Shown one piece after another: positions 61,931 through 64,000 of a stretch of DNA of 64,000 nucleotides; positions within the stretch are counted from its first letter, which is position 1; each line of letters opens with the position of its first letter. Source of the DNA: an uncultured Planctomycetaceae bacterium (GTDB lineage Bacteria > Planctomycetota > Planctomycetia > Pirellulales > PALSA-1355); NCBI GenBank assembly GCA_963785305.1, contig CAWAUV010000007.1, forward strand, positions 128,001 to 192,000, read 5' to 3'. The notes below the pieces were generated by a model. That model was not told where the DNA came from and made no database searches. It worked only from the letters and a program-made list of their open reading frames with translations. The position numbers and the translations under genes are program-made.

Positions 61931-62584
61931 ATGTGTGGAGTTTTTGGATTTGTGGCGAAAGAACAGGGCCCGATGAACCTGAAAATCCTGAGCCGGGTCG
62001 CTAGGGTGACACAGCGGCGCGGGCCGCATTCGTGGGGCATGGCGTGGATCGACAGCAAGGGACGCATGCGGATGTACAAGCAAGTCGGCAAGATTACCGA
62101 CGGCCTCGGCCTGCTGAGCATGGCGCGGGACGCCACGATGCTGATTGGCCACTGCCGCTACGCCACGCACGGCTCGCCGGAGAACAACCTGAACAACCAC
62201 CCGCACCCCAGCGACGGCGGCTGGATCGTGCATAACGGCGTGATCCAGAACTACCGGAACATTATTGACCAGCACGACCTGCACCCGATCACCGAGTGCG
62301 ATTCCGAAGTCCTGGGCATGCTGGTGGAGCAACTGGAAGGAACACGGCTTGAGCGTTGCGTGGGCGCGGTACGGATCGCCAAGGCCAGCGCGCCGCTTGC
62401 GATGCTGGGGTTGTGGCCCGACAGCCTCGTGGCCGTGCGAGCCAACGGACAGCCGTTGCATATTGGCGAAACGAGCCGCGGGTATTACCTTGCATCCCTT
62501 GCCGATGGACTGCCCGGCCACGTTGCCCCCATTGCCGACGACAACGCGATTGTGTTTGGCGAAGACGGCCATAACCTTACCTAG
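61931..62584 (+). CDS. Class II glutamine amidotransferase
   Basis: MCG N-terminal nucleophile, RG, GHCRYATHG, HP, HNG, DSE. Confidence 0.92.
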   Translation: MCGVFGFVAKEQGPMNLKILSRVARVTQRRGPHSWGMAWIDSKGRMRMYKQVGKITDGLGLLSMARDATMLIGHCRYATHGSPENNLNNHPHPSDGGWIVHNGVIQNYRNIIDQHDLHPITECDSEVLGMLVEQLEGTRLERCVGAVRIAKASAPLAMLGLWPDSLVAVRANGQPLHIGETSRGYYLASLADGLPGHVAPIADDNAIVFGEDGHNLT

Positions 62585-62602
62585 ACTCACAACGCATACC
62601 CA

Positions 62603-62827
62603 ATGGAAAATATGACAATGGCGAAATTCAAAAGCGAACGACCCGAGCCACGCGCGACAATGGTGGCCTTGAGGCTGACGGCTGGGCAGGCGGAGCTACT
62701 GACGACGCTTGCCGAGCGACTGGAGGTTGGCAGGTCGGAGCTGGTGCGCATGGCCCTGGACTACTGGCTTGAGAATTCGCCAGAAGCCGCCGACGCCACG
62801 ACCGAGAAGAAGAAGCGGAAGAACTGA
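62603..62827 (+). CDS. CopG/ribbon-helix-helix protein
   Basis: VALRLT...GRSELVRMAL. Confidence 0.75.
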   Translation: MENMTMAKFKSERPEPRATMVALRLTAGQAELLTTLAERLEVGRSELVRMALDYWLENSPEAADATTEKKKRKN

Positions 62828-63037
62828 CTAATCGTCCGCCGGGTCGACCGGCTCGCCCTTCTCGTTGACGACAAACGTCAACGCAACCTCGACCGTCTCG
62901 CCGAACATCTGCACTTTCTTCGTGCAGGTGTCGCATTGAAACACCGGCCATTCGCCGCCGCCGTCCTGCGACACGACGCCAGACGCCTGAAGTAGCCGGG
63001 AGCACCCCGGGCAGTGATAGGTTTGAGGCGATACCAT
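62828..63037 (-). CDS. Small zinc-ribbon protein
   Basis: CPGC and CDTC. Confidence 0.6.
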   Translation of the reverse strand: MVSPQTYHCPGCSRLLQASGVVSQDGGGEWPVFQCDTCTKKVQMFGETVEVALTFVVNEKGEPVDPADD

Positions 63038-63073
63038 AGGCCCCCATTGTAACATCGGCGCCGCACATCGACA

Positions 63074-63694
63074 TCAGTCCCGCTCCTCGGCGCCAAGGCC
63101 AGATTGCTCGATGAACGCCACCAGTCTGGCCGCGTGAGTCTCTTTTTCGGGAAACTGCCCCCGCAGCCCGCGGAGAAACCCGAACCACGCCTGCTGCTGA
63201 TCTTCGTCGTCAAAGACCAGGTTGTACGAGATGACCATTTCGTTGGCGGGTTCTTCCCCCGGGTCGCCGTCCTCCTCGCTGTACAAGCCAGCGTCTTTGG
63301 CGAGGTCCGCCAGCATTTCTTGGAGGGCGTCGCTCCCCGTCTCCACCTCCCGCAGCAGCTCGTCCAGCTTCTGCGGGTCCACCTCGGAAAGCTCGCCGAT
63401 GGTGTCGAGCGTAGCCAGGGCGATGGCTTCCTCTTCCGGCGACAGGTCGACATATTCGACGTCGATGAGCGGCTGCTCACTCTGGAGCGCCTGCCAGACC
63501 CGCTCGTGGCCGTCGATCAGGTTGCCGGTCCGCTTGTTGACCGTCACCGAGCGAATGAAGCCGACCTCTTCGATGGCGGCGCCCAGCGCGGTCCGCTGCT
63601 TTTGCGGATGCTTCCGCCAGTTCAGCGGATGGGCCAAGAGCTGGTCCGGGGCGACCTTTCCGTGCCCGACGATTTTTGACTTCCAGACTGCCAT
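63074..63694 (-). CDS. ParB-like N-terminal domain protein
   Basis: HPLNWRKH, LIDGHERV. Confidence 0.82.
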   Translation of the reverse strand: MAVWKSKIVGHGKVAPDQLLAHPLNWRKHPQKQRTALGAAIEEVGFIRSVTVNKRTGNLIDGHERVWQALQSEQPLIDVEYVDLSPEEEAIALATLDTIGELSEVDPQKLDELLREVETGSDALQEMLADLAKDAGLYSEEDGDPGEEPANEMVISYNLVFDDEDQQQAWFGFLRGLRGQFPEKETHAARLVAFIEQSGLGAEERD

Positions 63695-63761
63695 TTGTGC
63701 TAACTAACTGTATGTGTGCTTTCCGGGGCTTTTTGTACCGCTATTTGGCCGAAATGCTCTA

Positions 63762-63771
63762 AAAGGACCCG
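63762..63771 (-). other. cosQ-like element
   Basis: Minus strand CGGGTCCTTT in an intergenic gap upstream of the packaging genes. Confidence 0.5.
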
Positions 63772-63791
63772 AATGCCGGGGGTGGGGTAGG

Positions 63792-64000
63792 TCACGGGCC
63801 TGTCAGGCTTTGGCAGTCAACCTCGTGAGCCCAAGTCATTGTCGTTTCGTCGGCGTCGGTCAGCGTGATCGCATACACGACGCGGTAGGTTCCGACATTC
63901 GCGAACACGCTGCCCGCAACGGTGTGCAGGAAGTTCCGGCCGATACTGTCCACTGGCCGGCCGTATTGCGTCCAAACGTTGTCGGCCACCAGCGAACTCG
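63792..64000 (-). CDS. Phage hypothetical protein (5' truncated by window)
   Basis: Open frame ending at 63792. Confidence 0.5.
   Translation of the reverse strand, partial: SSLVADNVWTQYGRPVDSIGRNFLHTVAGSVFANVGTYRVVYAITLTDADETTMTWAHEVDCQSLTGP

Larger units (their letters stand above)
5440..64000 (-). mobile_element. Lambda-like prophage integrated at tRNA-Asp (continues beyond window)
   Basis: att remnant plus colinear terminase-portal-protease-capsid-tail gene order on the minus strand. Confidence 0.85.

Noticed and set aside
60395..62590. 731-aa minus-strand ORF
   Set aside because: Antisense shadow of the motif-bearing amidoligase and GATase genes.
1..64000. CRISPR array, reverse transcriptase/DGR, integrase, lysis genes
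   Set aside because: No regularly spaced repeats or diagnostic motifs seen; integrase and lysis genes may lie beyond the window.

Overview
GC-rich bacterial DNA, probably Planctomycetota (inferred from gene style). Bases 1-5.4 kb are host flank: a C25 peptidase, an aldolase-like TIM-barrel gene, a REP-like palindrome and two nuclease-like genes. A duplicated 3' half of tRNA-Asp (5440-5481) marks the att end of a large lambda-like prophage that runs off the right edge. On the minus strand it carries a cosQ-like site, ParB/PAPS-reductase/GNAT genes, terminase, portal, S49 protease/scaffold, capsid, tail genes with a -1 frameshift chaperone, and a tape measure. It is loaded with probable defence cargo: a DISARM-like helicase/methylase/PLD/NERD operon, a RexAB-like pair, two HTH-ImmA toxin-antitoxin-like pairs, and a thymidylate-synthase-like/UDG-like/aGPT-Pplase-like operon. 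It has been hit by IS21, IS1380, IS66 and an IS1-family passenger transposon, each with visible terminal repeats and target duplications. The most striking unexplained signal is a bipartite structured leader (GGC-GACG-GCC-capped hairpin, 42-48 nt, then ACCGCAGGGGAUU with an RBS-occluding hairpin) repeated upstream of three virion genes. All family calls come from motif recognition; no database searches were run.
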